Assembly: GCA_964016885.1 (NCBI GenBank)
Contig: OZ024740.1
Span: 94,178,001 to 94,242,000, forward strand
Direction: 5' to 3'
DNA: 64,000 nucleotides
From: Eledone cirrhosa
Taxonomy: Eukaryota
Position numbers and translations under genes: made by a program. The notes under the pieces were generated by a model. The model did no database searches. It was not told the origin of the DNA and was given only the letters and a program-made list of their open reading frames with translations. How positions within the stretch are numbered: position 1 is the stretch's first letter; every line of letters begins with the position of its first letter. Positions 1 to 13,079 of the stretch are shown one piece after another.

Positions 1-794
1 GTGTGGGAACAGAGTTCAAAAGGTGTGTAGGGGAGTGGTGGAGAGACATATAGCGAAAGGAAACGGTGCGAATGAAACATTAACAAATAAAGTCAAAAAA
101 TATAATAAATAAACACAAAGCATGATCAAAATACAAGGAAAGAGAAAATTTAAAAATAAAGGCATGATCAAAATAAACTGAAATTAAAAGGGGGGTAAAC
201 AGGTGGTGGAAGGGTGTGGGGTGAGTAGGGGTGGTGGCGGGTGGAGTGGGGAGAGGGAGATGAGGTGTCCGAGCCGGGAGGGCTGAAGTTGGTGTGTGTG
301 GTTAGGTGTGCGTGTGTGTGTGTGTGTATGTGAAAGTGAGGTTTGGGGGAAGAACGGGGTTGCATGGTCAGGAAGGTGTGTGTGGGGGGTGTTTTTGTGG
401 GTCGGAGTGTCTGTGCGTGTGTGGATAAGGGGGAGGGGGGAGAGGAATCAGGAGGCTGAAGGTGTAAATATGTGGTGGGAAGCACGTGTGTGTGGTTTAA
501 GCGTGTTGTGGGTGTGGGTGGCGTGTGGATAAACAACATTTTTTGTTGGGGTGTGTGTGTGCGTGAGTTATATAGGTGATGGTGTAAGAGCATGGTTGAA
601 AAGTTGGTAAGTTACACCGATGCTTGGAGATTTTAGTTACAAGTCAAATTCGCGTTTGGGTAATCCAAGAAGCGGTGGTCGAAAGAGGAGAGATGTGGGG
701 TGCGCGCGCAACAGGAAGTGGTCAGCAGTGGGAGTGCTGTGGTCAGTTGGTGCTGAGAGGTGGTTGGAAGGGCATAGCAGCAGTCGGCGGAATG

Positions 795-947
795 TATATG
801 TATATATATATATATATATATGTATATGTATATATATATGTATATAATTATATATATATATATTGTATATAATTATATGTATATATTTATATATATATAT
901 GTATATTTATATACATATATATATGTATATGTATTGATATATATATG

Positions 948-979
<32 letters not shown>

Positions 980-994
980 TGTATATGTATATAT

Positions 995-1042
<48 letters not shown>

Positions 1043-1045
1043 GTA

Positions 1046-1136
<91 letters not shown>
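795..1136. repeat. compound (TA)n/(TG) microsatellite
   Basis: Direct reading; generates spurious YIYI ORFs. Confidence 0.95.
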
Positions 1137-1140
<4 letters not shown>

Positions 1141-1170
1141 AAAGAATAGAGGTGTAACACACAAGTTATT

Positions 1171-1571
1171 ATATATTGGTAAACGGAATAGAAAATGCTG
1201 ACAAAGTGTTCACAGTTGAAAAATGGTTTAATTAGGAATAAAAGAGTATTAGTGATTGTATGGGTTAGTATTTTGTTGTGGTTTTAAGTTTTTAAGTTTT
1301 TACCGGTTGCGCATTTCTAGATGCTTTTCAAAAAATAATTTTGAGGTAGCGTGTCCGTGCTGTTTGCTCTGATCTCAGATCAGAGCAAACAGTACGGACA
1401 CTCTATCTCAAAATTATTTTTGAAAAGCATCTAGAAATGCGAAACCGGTAAAAACTTAAAAACTTAAAACCACAACAAAATACTAACCCATACAAACACT
1501 AATACTCTTTTATTCCTAATTAAACCATTTTTCAACTGTAAACAATTTGTCAGCATTTTCTATTCCGTTTA

Positions 1572-1580
<9 letters not shown>
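1171..1580. repeat. near-perfect ~410-bp palindrome, probably inverted PLE pseudo-LTR pair
   Basis: Arms 1171-1375 and 1377-1580 are reverse complements around a single C at 1376 (gctctgatct-c-agatcagagc), with scattered mismatches; each arm carries a hammerhead-like motif. Confidence 0.9.
1417..1454 (+). ncRNA. degenerate minimal type-I hammerhead ribozyme motif
   Basis: tTGAAAA-GCAT-ctagaa-ATGC-GAAA-CCGG-TA-aaaa: decayed CUGANGA core, 4-bp stem II, GAAA, palindromic stem III; mirror copy on minus strand ~1297-1335 has GCAA for GAAA. Confidence 0.55.
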
Positions 1581-1634
<54 letters not shown>

Positions 1635-1662
1635 GTAAATAATTATATATATATGTTGTATA

Positions 1663-1702
<40 letters not shown>

Positions 1703-1709
1703 CATATAT

Positions 1710-1787
<78 letters not shown>

Positions 1788-1896
1788 GTATATATATATA
1801 TATGTATATGTATATATATATGTATATATATATATATAAATATATATGTATATATATATATATATGCATATATATATATATGCATATATATATACA

Positions 1897-1966
<70 letters not shown>

Positions 1967-2121
1967 TACACATATACATATACATATATATACATATATA
2001 CACATATACATATACATATATATACATATATACATATACATATATATACATATATACACATATACATATACATATATATACATATATACATATATATATA
2101 TATACATATATACATATACAC

Positions 2122-2170
<49 letters not shown>
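1575..2170. repeat. compound (TA)n/(CA)/(TG) microsatellite
   Basis: Direct reading. Confidence 0.95.
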
Positions 2171-2171
<1 letters not shown>

Positions 2172-3110
2172 CTGCACCCCCCAAAAAAACGAACACAGAC
2201 ATATACATGTGTTCAACTCGTAATGGGCCAGATTCGCTAAGGTGAAAATAATGCTAACTACATACTGATCAGCTAGAATTAGTTATTCCTCTTCACAGTT
2301 AATATTGCGAAACAGTATTATCAAAATTGTCTGGGTGATCGATAGTTACCACAATCCTGGTTTGTATTTATTTTTCTTGATTTATACTTAAATTGAGTTT
2401 AACAAACCCTATTGTTTGTAGTTAGTACTCATTGAACCTTAGCGAATCTGGTCCATTACGATTTGAACACATATATGTCTGTGTTCGTTCGTTTCTTTTT
2501 TGTGCAGTTATATAATACGGCTCGGAAAAACCTCTTTCCTAGAGCTAATTTATTGTAATGAGACTATTTTCAGTTTCTAACTCAATATATGCCTTTGATA
2601 TATTCGACTCAGTTAATTCGTCGAGCTAATTCAGATGTCGAATAAAACCAGCTGCTATGTTTAGTGGCGTGAGTTTGCGAGTCACGCTAAATTTTGGAAC
2701 CATGTGCGTTATATATACGCACACTATCCAGTTTTTTTATTTTATTATATTTAGAGGTGACCAGGATACTAATAATTCTTCACCGGCTGATGAGCTAGAA
2801 TTGTGTTATTCCTCTTCACAATTAATATTTCGAAACATTTTTATCAAAACTGTCCGGCTGATCGGTAGTTACTACAATTCTGGTTTGTATTTATTTTTCT
2901 TGATTTATTCTTAAATTGAGTCTAGCAAATCCTATTGTCTGTAGTTAGTATTCTGTTCACCTTAGCGAATCTTGTCCGTTACGATTTGAACTCATATATG
3001 TATATCTCTGTGTTCGTTTTTCCTTTTTGTTCAGTTATATTATACGGCTCGGAAAAACCTCTTTCCTAGAGCTAATTTATTGTAATTTGACTATTTTTTA
3101 GTTTCTAAAT
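2165..3110 (+). mobile_element. non-coding PLE-like pseudo-LTR cluster: two direct copies plus a short inverted copy
   Basis: ~320-bp direct repeat 2265-2585 / 2787-3110; 2165-2246 is the reverse complement of ~2432-2514; hammerhead motif at the start of each direct copy. Confidence 0.75.
2781..2860 (+). ncRNA. hammerhead ribozyme motif with extended stem II
   Basis: caccgg-CTGATGA-gctagAATTGTG..CACAATTaatatttc-GAAAC-a...t-GTC-cggctg; sister copy 2265-2337 has CTGATCA and GAAACAG..TTGTC-tgggtg. Confidence 0.65.
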
Positions 3111-3158
3111 CAATACATGACTTTGATACACACACAAACACACACGCACATACACACG

Positions 3159-3263
<105 letters not shown>

Positions 3264-3264
3264 C

Positions 3265-3717
3265 GTTTCTGAATTTGTTTAGCAAGATTGTTTATCTGAA
3301 AACGTGTGTTGAAACCGATATTGTTATGCTTTGGGAGGGATATGTTGCCAATAAGAAACACACGCACCAGTTGCTTTCACTTCAATTTATTATTAAAAAA
3401 AATTCATAAATTTAGGAATTTATAAATTTCCGGTTGGCTGGTTGGTTCCACAAACAGACTATTGTTCATATATTGTCAAAGTTATTTCGTCACACATTAG
3501 GTGACCTCTTCATTCACTGAGGATTCTTTTATTTGTGTTTGTGCCTCTCCTGTGTTCTGTCCTACGCCATCTTGTTGTTGTGTGTGTTATGTGCTTAGGT
3601 TGCGCATGTGTTACATCCGGGTGTCTGTGTGTGTCTATATTTGTTTATTTATTTGTTTATTTAGATGTTACTGGTTGGTTGTTTGTTCTATGTATGTGCG
3701 TGTTTTCATTTTGTCCT
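3265..3717 (-). mobile_element. 3' UTR / pseudo-LTR of the 3718-4450 PLE
   Basis: Follows the stop codon; hammerhead-like aTGAAGA-g-GTCAC-ctaatgt-GTGAC-GAAA at ~3478-3516 (minus); end 3270-3350 is similar to 4475-4555. Confidence 0.6.
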
Positions 3718-4450
3718 TAATTGTAAGTTGTGATGTTGCTGTCCCATTCATGTTTTCTATTTAATTTTGGTCGGAGTTCTTTTATGTTTATTGCCTCTGT
3801 GATTTGTCTAAACATTGCGTCTTTTCTGTTTGTAGATTCTATTTTTATTTCTATGTTCTCTAATTTACCCTTATGTCCTATTTTAGCATGTTGGTGGAGT
3901 ACAGATGATTATTTACTATCTTGAAGCTTTCGCCAGTGTTCATTTATCCGGTCCCCTATACTACGAGCTGTCTCACCTCTGTACACTATATTCTTATCTC
4001 TACATTGTCCTTCAGTACATTTCATGCTATATACTACATTTCTAGTTTTACAGTTAATATGGGGGCTTAATTTACAGATTATACATTTCTCATCTATACA
4101 GGGAGATCTTTGAAAAGGGTATGTATTGATAATCAGTGTTTTTATGGTGGTACCTGGTTTTCTACTATCTTAATATTTATGTTTATCTAGGGCCCTTCTA
4201 AATCTGTAAGCTAATTCACCTCTAGGGGTTGCATCGATGAACATTACACTCTGGTATTTATTGCTATTAACCTTATTCCTCGTTATTTTTATTCTATTCC
4301 AAAATGTGCTCCTATACAAGGGGCAGGTCCCATTATTTACCATTTTTTTCCCATTTGGTTCCGGCTCTTCTATATACTCTGATGTTATCTCTCTGATTGT
4401 AACCAGATAACTGCATACGGTGGATGAAGTGTTGTATGTGTCTCTCTAGT
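3718..4450 (-). pseudogene. PLE C-terminal fragment (RT thumb, Cys-rich linker, GIY-YIG endonuclease), non-Naiad lineage
   Basis: Manual translation with frameshifts/stop: HRMQLSGY..CPLYR..SVMFIDATPRGEL..CIDEKCIIC..CKTRNVVYSMKC..C..VYRGETARSIGDRINEH..SVLHQH..RQITEAINI..KLNRKHEW. Confidence 0.8.
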
Positions 4451-4469
4451 TCTTTTATATATATATAAT

Positions 4470-5175
4470 TACCTTTGTTTTGCAAGATTTGTTATATGAA
4501 ATTGTGTGTTGAAATACATGTTTTTTTATATTTGCGGAGGGGCATATTGTTATAATATTTCCATAAATAATAATAAAGCCCACTCACTCTTTAGTTTGGA
4601 TTGGTTTTCGCTTCTGCATCATTTATATCTCCATTGTTAATTCATCTTACTATCAATATTTCTTATTGATTGACCAATGGTTTAAAATACAGATACAAAC
4701 ATATATAAGTATATATAGTCTACCAAATTTCTTTCATCACACACCTCTGATTACATCAGTGGTACTATTATATTTCCTCCCGTTGTATTGCAATGTCTAC
4801 GCCAATTTATGTATTCATTGTAGTCTGTCTTTATTTGCACATGCGCTTGCGTTTGTGATTTCTGTGTGGTGTATGTGTTCGTGTCTGAGTCTATGTATGT
4901 TTGTAGTCTATCTTTATTCCCCAGTGTGCGTTTGTGTGTGGTTGTTGTTATTGTACTTGTGTATATTCATGTATTTACTTATATTTGCTTTAGTATATTT
5001 GCTTTGCATTGTGTATTTGTGTATGGTTGTTGTTATTCCAGTAATTGTTTCTCTTCAACTTGGCTTTTCTTCGTTCTACTGTAGTTGCTTCTCTGATTAC
5101 TCTACCCGTTGAGTCGATTCTATCTTTAGATATTAATTTAATTTCTATGTCGTCTACATTATCATCATGTTGTTA
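4470..5175 (-). mobile_element. diverged 3' end of a related PLE in tandem with the previous one
   Basis: 5030-5170 translates HDDNVDDIEIKLISKDRIDSTGRVIREATTVERRKAKLKRNNYW, alignable to the 3718-4450 C-terminus; hammerhead-like acca-CTGATGt-aATCA..TGAT-GAAA-gaaatt-tggt at ~4721-4766. Confidence 0.6.
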
Positions 5176-5247
5176 CCTCCTACAAAATCATAACTGCACT
5201 TCCCTCATACTATTTAAAATTAAGACAGTTATTTACGTACACACACA

Positions 5248-5280
<33 letters not shown>

Positions 5281-8200
5281 AATATTGTTTCTATTAAAAT
5301 GTAATATCTTGAAAGAAATAATCATAATCAGTTCTGTTATTATTAGCTCTCTATTTATGATTTTTATGTGTTTAAGAAGTGATTTTTCCTACATAATGAA
5401 CTGTATGAAATGTAAAGCTTTCGAGCTAACACCATTTAGTTTTAACTGAATAATAGACATTCATAAGAATACAGCCTGAGTTACTAATGCTACAAAAATA
5501 GAGCCACCAACATCCACACAAACACCCATTTATAAATATATGTATATATATTATATTTCTTACATGAATTATTTTTTAAATAAATGCATAGATATAAATC
5601 CATGCGTTTGCATATAGAAAATTGTATAGATTGTACATGCGACCTATAATCTACATACTTATTTTCACTTTACCACAGGCCATGGGCTAAGTGCTTGAAC
5701 AGAGTTTAGAGAATGGAAGTGAATTTATAAACTTACAATTTATAAACTTACATGCATGAAAGATGGATACGTATCAGTTCATATAAAATCAATGTAATAA
5801 AAGTTACGCTCAAGGAAATTTCAAAGACTTAAACAAACTTTATGAGTTACTCACAGAGAAAGTATGAATCAATGTTGATATACTGTTTACAAATATACCT
5901 TCTAGCCAAAAAATGTACAAAACATAAATACAGATATCAAGATGAAAAGTAAATGTAAATGTAATTGAACTCATTCAAATGTAATAACTGTTAGGTTTAT
6001 TCAAATTCTAAATGGAACATTTTAGAACGATTCTCTTCCATTATCTGAGAATTGTAATTGAATATGATACTTTCCGTTCAAAAATGAAACTCTTATTTCG
6101 AAAGATTTATGCAGTAGGCTATATTTTATGTAATTGTTATTGACCTATTTATTAAAAACATGATAGAATATATGGATGGAATATGAATAGTAACAAGCAG
6201 AAACAAATGGCTAAAATCCGAGCATTTTGATTGGATATGAGTCTTATTTTATTATTTGACTGTTTTCTTTTTAATTTGGAGCTACTGATAACAAGACAAC
6301 ACAATGGCAATGCCAATGACTCATGTAAATTGAAATATAAAATAACATTTCTGTAATCTGTAATTATTTAAACACAACTCACGGCAAATATATTCATGAT
6401 ATCTACAATTACATATCGTGAAACAGGTCACACACAAATGTATTGCACCATTGAAATTTGTTGAAATGTAAATATTGCAGTTTTCATTTAAGAAAACATT
6501 CACTTCAGAAAATGAAGGGACTGCCTTCAAAGCACTTGTTCTTAGTTTCGAATCGACTGAAGCTAAGCATTAGTTACGAAGTACCCACACGCGGATCAGC
6601 GCAATAATGGCTCCATCTTTAAGATATTAAATTAACATAACGGTGAAGAGATGAACAATCTGTGAAAACCTTGAAAATGTAACATATATGCAACATTTTA
6701 AAACAGGCTTCGAGGAAAAATAAATATACAACAGCACCGTTTGGAGAGAAACATTACTCAATTATGTTTCATCTAAGGGATGACATCTTGTAAAGGTTGG
6801 GTCACGTAAAAACTACTAGGATCGAATCGTACAGGAGAGAAGAAAAAAAAGCAAACGAGTAATTAAATTCTAGTTTTTACTTAAAAACATTGACCATAAT
6901 TTCAACAAGCTGTTTAAAGAAACATTGTGAGATGATCCTTGCTGGCCATTAGAATATATCCCGTATATTACAGATAGATTTATACTCAGGTAGTTACGTA
7001 TATAGATAATTCGATAGATGATGAATTAGATATGTATATAGGTAGATTAATAAGTGATTAAAAATATAAGTACATTAAAATGTAATAATATGAAAATAAA
7101 AATGTCAAGATATTTATGTACAAGTTCAGCATTCATGGGTTGTACTACATCAGAGACAGAAAATATTGTATTCGTAGAATTTCAAATACAGATATTTAGG
7201 ATAAGAAAACAATCGGAAGTCTAATCTCGAAAACATTCTGACATTTTCTTCGTTATACAACATCAATTGTCGTGATTACGGCAATATTTGTCTTCATAAA
7301 ATTCCCTCCTGATATTAATATCTGGGAAACTCGATCCTTCAAAAGAAGGCATGTACAACATCCAAGCAACTTCAAGGAAACGCCGAGGTTTATTATAAAG
7401 CTATTACTGTTTATATACAGCAGAGTATGGAAGTACATCTAGGCTTAAAATCTATTAAAGTTCCTAAAAAAATAATTTCAATTTACAGGGAATGGGGGGG
7501 GGGCATATTGGTCACCTGTACCATGCCCGTATAACTAATATTCTACATTTATTTCTTTAAGTATTTTATCAATTTAAACGACATTATAGAGCTAGTAAAC
7601 TATGGCAGATTAGAAGTAGTATGAATTCTCATTACACTTGGAAATCAAAAAGGACTAGTGAGACAAGTAATAAAAAAAAAATAATAAAAAAAAAACATAT
7701 GTAAAAATAAAATTTTCAAATATTAAAGGTCAAAAAGGAAAAAAATGAAACAATGAATGCAGTAAAACAGCTAGTAAATTCTGTTCTTGAATCTTTTCGT
7801 AGACTTCATATATTCAAATATTTTGTATATAATTGTTAGACTTTTAAACATATATTGTACTTCTGGTCTTGGTAGTTTATAAAACAAATATTTCAATATA
7901 GAATCTCTCTCAGATTGATCAATTGGAACACATTTGTATGCATTTCTGTATGCACATTTACGCAATACTGGTTACTTCATTTCTGCATACATACAGATAT
8001 AACGTAATCATATACTTACACTGCTTAGAACTTAGCCTCATATATACCTATCTTAATTAAGTATCAACATGTACGCTAATAATATACAAATTAGTACCTT
8101 CATTCCACAAAATATGAAGAATTATAAAGTCTGAAATTAAATGTTCCTTGTGGTGGATTATGTTATATACAGGCCTTCTGATGGATGCACATGAAGGCTT

Positions 8201-8824
8201 AACAATGTTGAAAATACGTTTATCACTTTTACATTTTGAAAGGAAATATGTATATTGGTTTATTGGGTGTATATACTAAACGTATGTAAATATATATACA
8301 CATTTACGCAATTTCATTTATTCCTGATATTTAAATATATAGGTATATTTAATATAATGTTTTGGTGCTCTGAAATAGCGATATACACATGAATGTATGT
8401 ACGAGCAAGAAACAGGAATATCCATCTCTCTTCGTTGCTTTTCACGAGAATAAGCAAGTGACAGTCACTACTTTAAAACTTATAGCGAATGGACTTCAAA
8501 ATGTTTTTAATTAAACATACAGTATATTGCCAAATATATTATACATATATACATATACATATATGTTTTTCTCTCATTCTTAGCCTTGCACTAAGTGATG
8601 CAGCCTGTTCTCAGGCACTCTTCAGCACATGCCTAGGCAAATATTCATGTTCAGCTAATACGGATCTACATGCCAAACTCTTTCAGAGGATATCTTGTTT
8701 CCACTCTTCCTTAAGAAGTACATACCTCGATAGGTATGACTAAAGTCTCCAACTTTGGAACAGCTGGATGAAAACGTATGGACTCAACTGACAATGCAAC
8801 CCATCACCAGATGGACTGTCTAAG

Positions 8825-9079
<255 letters not shown>

Positions 9080-9080
<1 letters not shown>

Positions 9081-9155
9081 ACGAAGGAAATGTGGTAAGG
9101 AACCAGGTGGACCATAACGCACCAAAGTACTCAATACTTGAGGTAGTAGAGTGGG

Positions 9156-9160
<5 letters not shown>
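9080..9160 (-). mobile_element. solo terminal fragment of the PLE family at 25200-27745
   Basis: acgaaggaaatgtggtaaggaacc...ggtagtagagtgggtaata matches 25201-25272 and the reverse complement of 27665-27742; embedded in (TA)n. Confidence 0.8.
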
Positions 9161-9207
<47 letters not shown>

Positions 9208-9210
<3 letters not shown>

Positions 9211-10170
9211 GTATAGGATTATCCAAGATGCAGTGATGGTTAATTACTACACTGGATATGGTTGACGTACGGTAAGAGGTTACTCTACGAGTTATGGAAG
9301 AATTGTTCAAGAAACTTAGTTCCTGATCCTTCAGTATTCCGGAGTGTATATAAAGAATGAATAATAACAGGTAGACATCATAAAAAGGTAGTTTATTCCG
9401 TGTGCTTACAAGTGTTTCCACGGTGGTACTGCAGCCTAGTTCCGCTACGTGCAAATTCACAAGTATTTGCAGAACTCGAATATCCAATGCTGTGACCACT
9501 GTTTCCTCAGAGCAGAATGGTAAATATACAATGTAAAAACCCTTAAGTGGGGTTGTTGGGGAAGATAGAGTGGGACAGGAAGAGAGAAAAGTAGGGAAGA
9601 TGGAGAGAGAAGGAAAGATATGCAGGGGTTGGAGAAGTAGGAGAGAGTGGCTTGTAGATATCTTAATCAAAATGTTATGGTAGGGGTTTTATTACTTACT
9701 TTTGCAGAGATGCGTAGATAGTTGAGATCGGAATTATTTATTGCCCCAGAGGTCAAGTTCATAGATGTTGAGAGGGAGGTAGGTCAAATGTGAGAGAGAT
9801 AGAGTGTAATGGATGTAGAGAGAGATATATAGGTAGAGAGGGGACAGATAAAGTATATGTGGTGAGTGAACTTTTGGTTTTGTAGTAGTAATCTAGGAAT
9901 TGTACTGAGTTACCATGTATAGTGATAAGCAGTATATTGTCTTGTAGTGTGGGGGAGAAGAGAAGGTTGTTAGCTAGAAAGTGGTGTTGTAGTTACGGGT
10001 TCGAATGTTAAGTTATTTTATAATGAGAGAATTTAGCTTTTAGTTTTCGAGTTCTGCAAATACTTGTGAATTTGCACGTAGCGGAACTAGGCTGCAGTAC
10101 CACCGTGGAAACACTTGTAAGCACACGGAATAAACTACCTTTTTATGATGTCTACCTGTTATTATTCATT

Positions 10171-10180
<10 letters not shown>
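9208..10180. mobile_element. element with ~135-bp inverted repeat, probably PLE-derived
   Basis: 9346-9480 and 10045-10180 are essentially identical reverse complements; bounded by (TA)n on both sides. Confidence 0.65.
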
Positions 10181-10218
<38 letters not shown>

Positions 10219-10380
10219 ATATATATATGTGTGTGTGCGTGTGTGTGTGTGTGCATGTGTGTTTATCTACGTTTATATATATATTTTTTTCCTTTCCTTC
10301 TTCCTTTTTCAGCCTCACTTTCATATGGATTATATTTTTGTTTTTAAGATCCACTGTCAATAAATACACCAGGATGTTTT

Positions 10381-10452
10381 CATTCTGATGATTGAAAGCA
10401 AATTTTGCTTGCTTTCAAGAATCCACTGGTAATTGAAATAATTATTTTATGT
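10381..10452 (+). ncRNA. hammerhead-like motif
   Basis: catt-CTGATGA-TTGAAAGCA..TGCTTTCAA-..-GAAA-TAATTA-tt-ttatg: core boxes, hairpin, palindromic stem III; cleavage triplet decayed. Confidence 0.45.
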
Positions 10453-10473
10453 TGTTTACTACATAACTATAAC

Positions 10474-10502
<29 letters not shown>

Positions 10503-10504
<2 letters not shown>

Positions 10505-10690
10505 AAGGTGGATGCCTTAGTAGTTAGAACATTGGGTTTGCCAAGGTGTGTCGGCCATTGCCTTTCACTAGGACAATACTGTTGTGGCGGTGGGGGTAGA
10601 CTCTATGCATAAGAGTGATGGTCTTCCACAAAACAAACTTTTGAGAGGAACTTTCTAGGTGCAAACCATGATCGTTAGTGCCTAATAGGT
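10503..10690 (+). mobile_element. decayed tRNA-derived SINE fragment
   Basis: tgaaggtggatgccttagtagttag head resembles the head of the SINE at 13080-13373. Confidence 0.4.
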
Positions 10691-13079
10691 TCCATAAACA
10701 TAAAATGTATGTGTGTTTATATGTGTATGTGTGGCGTGTGTGCGTCTTTGTGTGTGCGTGAGTGTGTATGTACGTGCGTGCATGGGTGTCTGTGTGTAAT
10801 TACATATATGAATCATATTCTGTATTTGAATATCAGCGCAGAGCAGGTATATAAATAGAATTCTAAGAATCTTAGCTTTTATTTGTCATCTTCGAAAGTT
10901 TTAAAGTAAGCTGGTCACTGCATAATGTATGTGTTTGACTCGCATATTAGAATTTTAACGAAGTAATATAAACAGGCATATATATTTCTCCTTACTATTA
11001 AGTGAATTATAAATCCAGATATCGTTCAAATTACTAAACAAAATATCAGACGTCCTCTACTACACCTTCGCATTGAAATGCGACTCTTTACCTTAGTTTT
11101 GTTAGTCATTTACGTGAGTGAGTAGTGAAACTTTTCCCACTTCTTACTTCAAATTTAAGCTGGTGTACCACATATCAGGTCGTGTGACATTGAAAATGAA
11201 AAAAAAACAAAAAAGCACAATCAAAAACAAATCAAGAGAAAATTGACACTGCTATTAAATGCTATTAAAAGCAGATATTAAAATGACAAAACATGTTTGA
11301 CAGGAAAGCCAGTCCATAAATGCTTGCTGTTATTATTAACAAGGAATATAATAATCTGATGGTGAATGAATAATTAAAAATTGTTGAGTGTTCCACGTAG
11401 TAATGTTACTAATTCTATAAGCATTTCAACAGATTAATAGTATTTGTATTGTTATTCATACAACTCTGAATATATGTTTATATTATATAATTATTTGCTC
11501 AATATTGAAGGATGATTTGACTGTCATCGCTTTCTCAAATATATATTTTGCTTTAAAACACACTGCATGATAGTGAACGAAGGTCGGATCATGGAGTAAT
11601 TTAAATGTCACCTGTTTCGCGCTGATGGACACACAAAATGACGCAACGTATTTCATTGTTTGTTGTTTTTTACGAAACAAATTTCAACGCCACTCTAATT
11701 CAACTTTACGTAACAAACATAAATTTGTGTAAAATAAAGTTGACCCCAACAGCGATTGTACTATCTGTGCAGAGAGTAATACCGAAGAGTGCAACACCAT
11801 TGGTTTAACGTCCTAACGATTGGGTTATTCCTGAAAGTAGCACCGCTTAAATAATTCATAATAACCAAAAACATCAAATTTGGACAATAAAATCAATCGA
11901 GCGGGTATGATGTATTATTCACAACAAATCCATATCAGTAGCACTGGACATAGCATTTCGCCCTCTGATGACGCCATTCAATGTGAAGTATTGACAGAAC
12001 TGTCCAGCAATGTGATGGGAAGTGTGCAGATTTAATTCAAAATCATTAACATTCGGTCATCAACAGCATCTCTGTGTCTCACACGTGCAAATGCCAAGGT
12101 ATAGTGCGAATTCAATGCGGGATCACATTTCAGAATTATGGATTCGCAGGATGTAATGTTTGAAGGTCAAATGTTTAATACTATTTATGCATTCGAACAG
12201 CTGAACTCATATCTTAAATAGGTATCACATGAGTGAAATCAATAGGATACACATGTGTTTTGAAATAATGCAGCTACATCACACTATTGATATGACCTTA
12301 AAAAATAATTTAAAATAAGTTTTGTAATTCATATTACAGCCTTGGAGGCAAACTGCTAAATAAGAACAAAATAGAAATATAATGTATAAAAAGCAGTTAA
12401 ACAAATTTGCCTCTCAGTCATTATCAGTGAAATATATTTTATTCTAAATATACACGCCCATAATTTTCAATATGAATTTTAAACGGTCAATAGAAATAAG
12501 ATTTTCAACTTCTAAGTCAATGGAATTATACCAGGGTTTACTTTAAAAAGACGATGAATTGGTTGTTCTTTAAATATTGATCCATTAAATCGTTTCGCAT
12601 CATGTTTAAACACTTTAATCTTCATTGAAAAAAGACACACTTTTGCATCGATAGATTAATATCACGTAGATATCCATTATATTATATCAAACATTTTCCA
12701 ACTGTAAAAATACCTGCCTGTTTTATCAGTTAGTAAGTATATATATTGTATATAGGCATAGATTTCATGGATATTTGATTCTGTATTTAAAATTGCATAA
12801 CGGCATTATTAAATTCGTGAAATTCATTTTTTAAAGACTATTTTATGTCTCAATATTATCTATAATAAAATAATTAGGAATATAGTATGGTCGAATACTT
12901 TGGACATAATAGAAGATATCCCAAATCTTGAAACATCATGCACTTTAATAGTTTAGTAAAATACATTTTAGTTAGATCTCGAATATATGGGAAATAATTG
13001 TGAAATAATATTGCAAATTGAAAACAATGCTAATTACAAAAGTATTCGAAGCATAACGGATTAAATTTAAACGTATATC

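Noticed and set aside
168-790. His/Thr/Pro-rich ORF 168-593 and neighbouring ORFs
   Set aside because: Low-complexity GT-rich strand-biased tract, probably a repeat UTR; no protein motif.
820-2245. Long [12 protein letters not shown] ORFs here and at 8.8, 16.3, 53.4, 58.6 and 62.5-63.1 kb
   Set aside because: Translations of dinucleotide microsatellites, which lack stop codons; not genes.
6370-7440. Possible minus-strand host exons (AG..GTGAGT near 6380-6615; AG near 7440)
   Set aside because: All frames contain stops and I recognise no protein family; cannot support a gene call.
10060-10125. GAAAC..GTA motif in the 135-bp inverted repeat as a hammerhead
   Set aside because: No recognisable CUGANGA box upstream of the candidate stem II.
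11480-12260. Non-repetitive, coding-looking stretch
   Set aside because: Stops in the frames I read and no recognisable motif; needs BLASTx.
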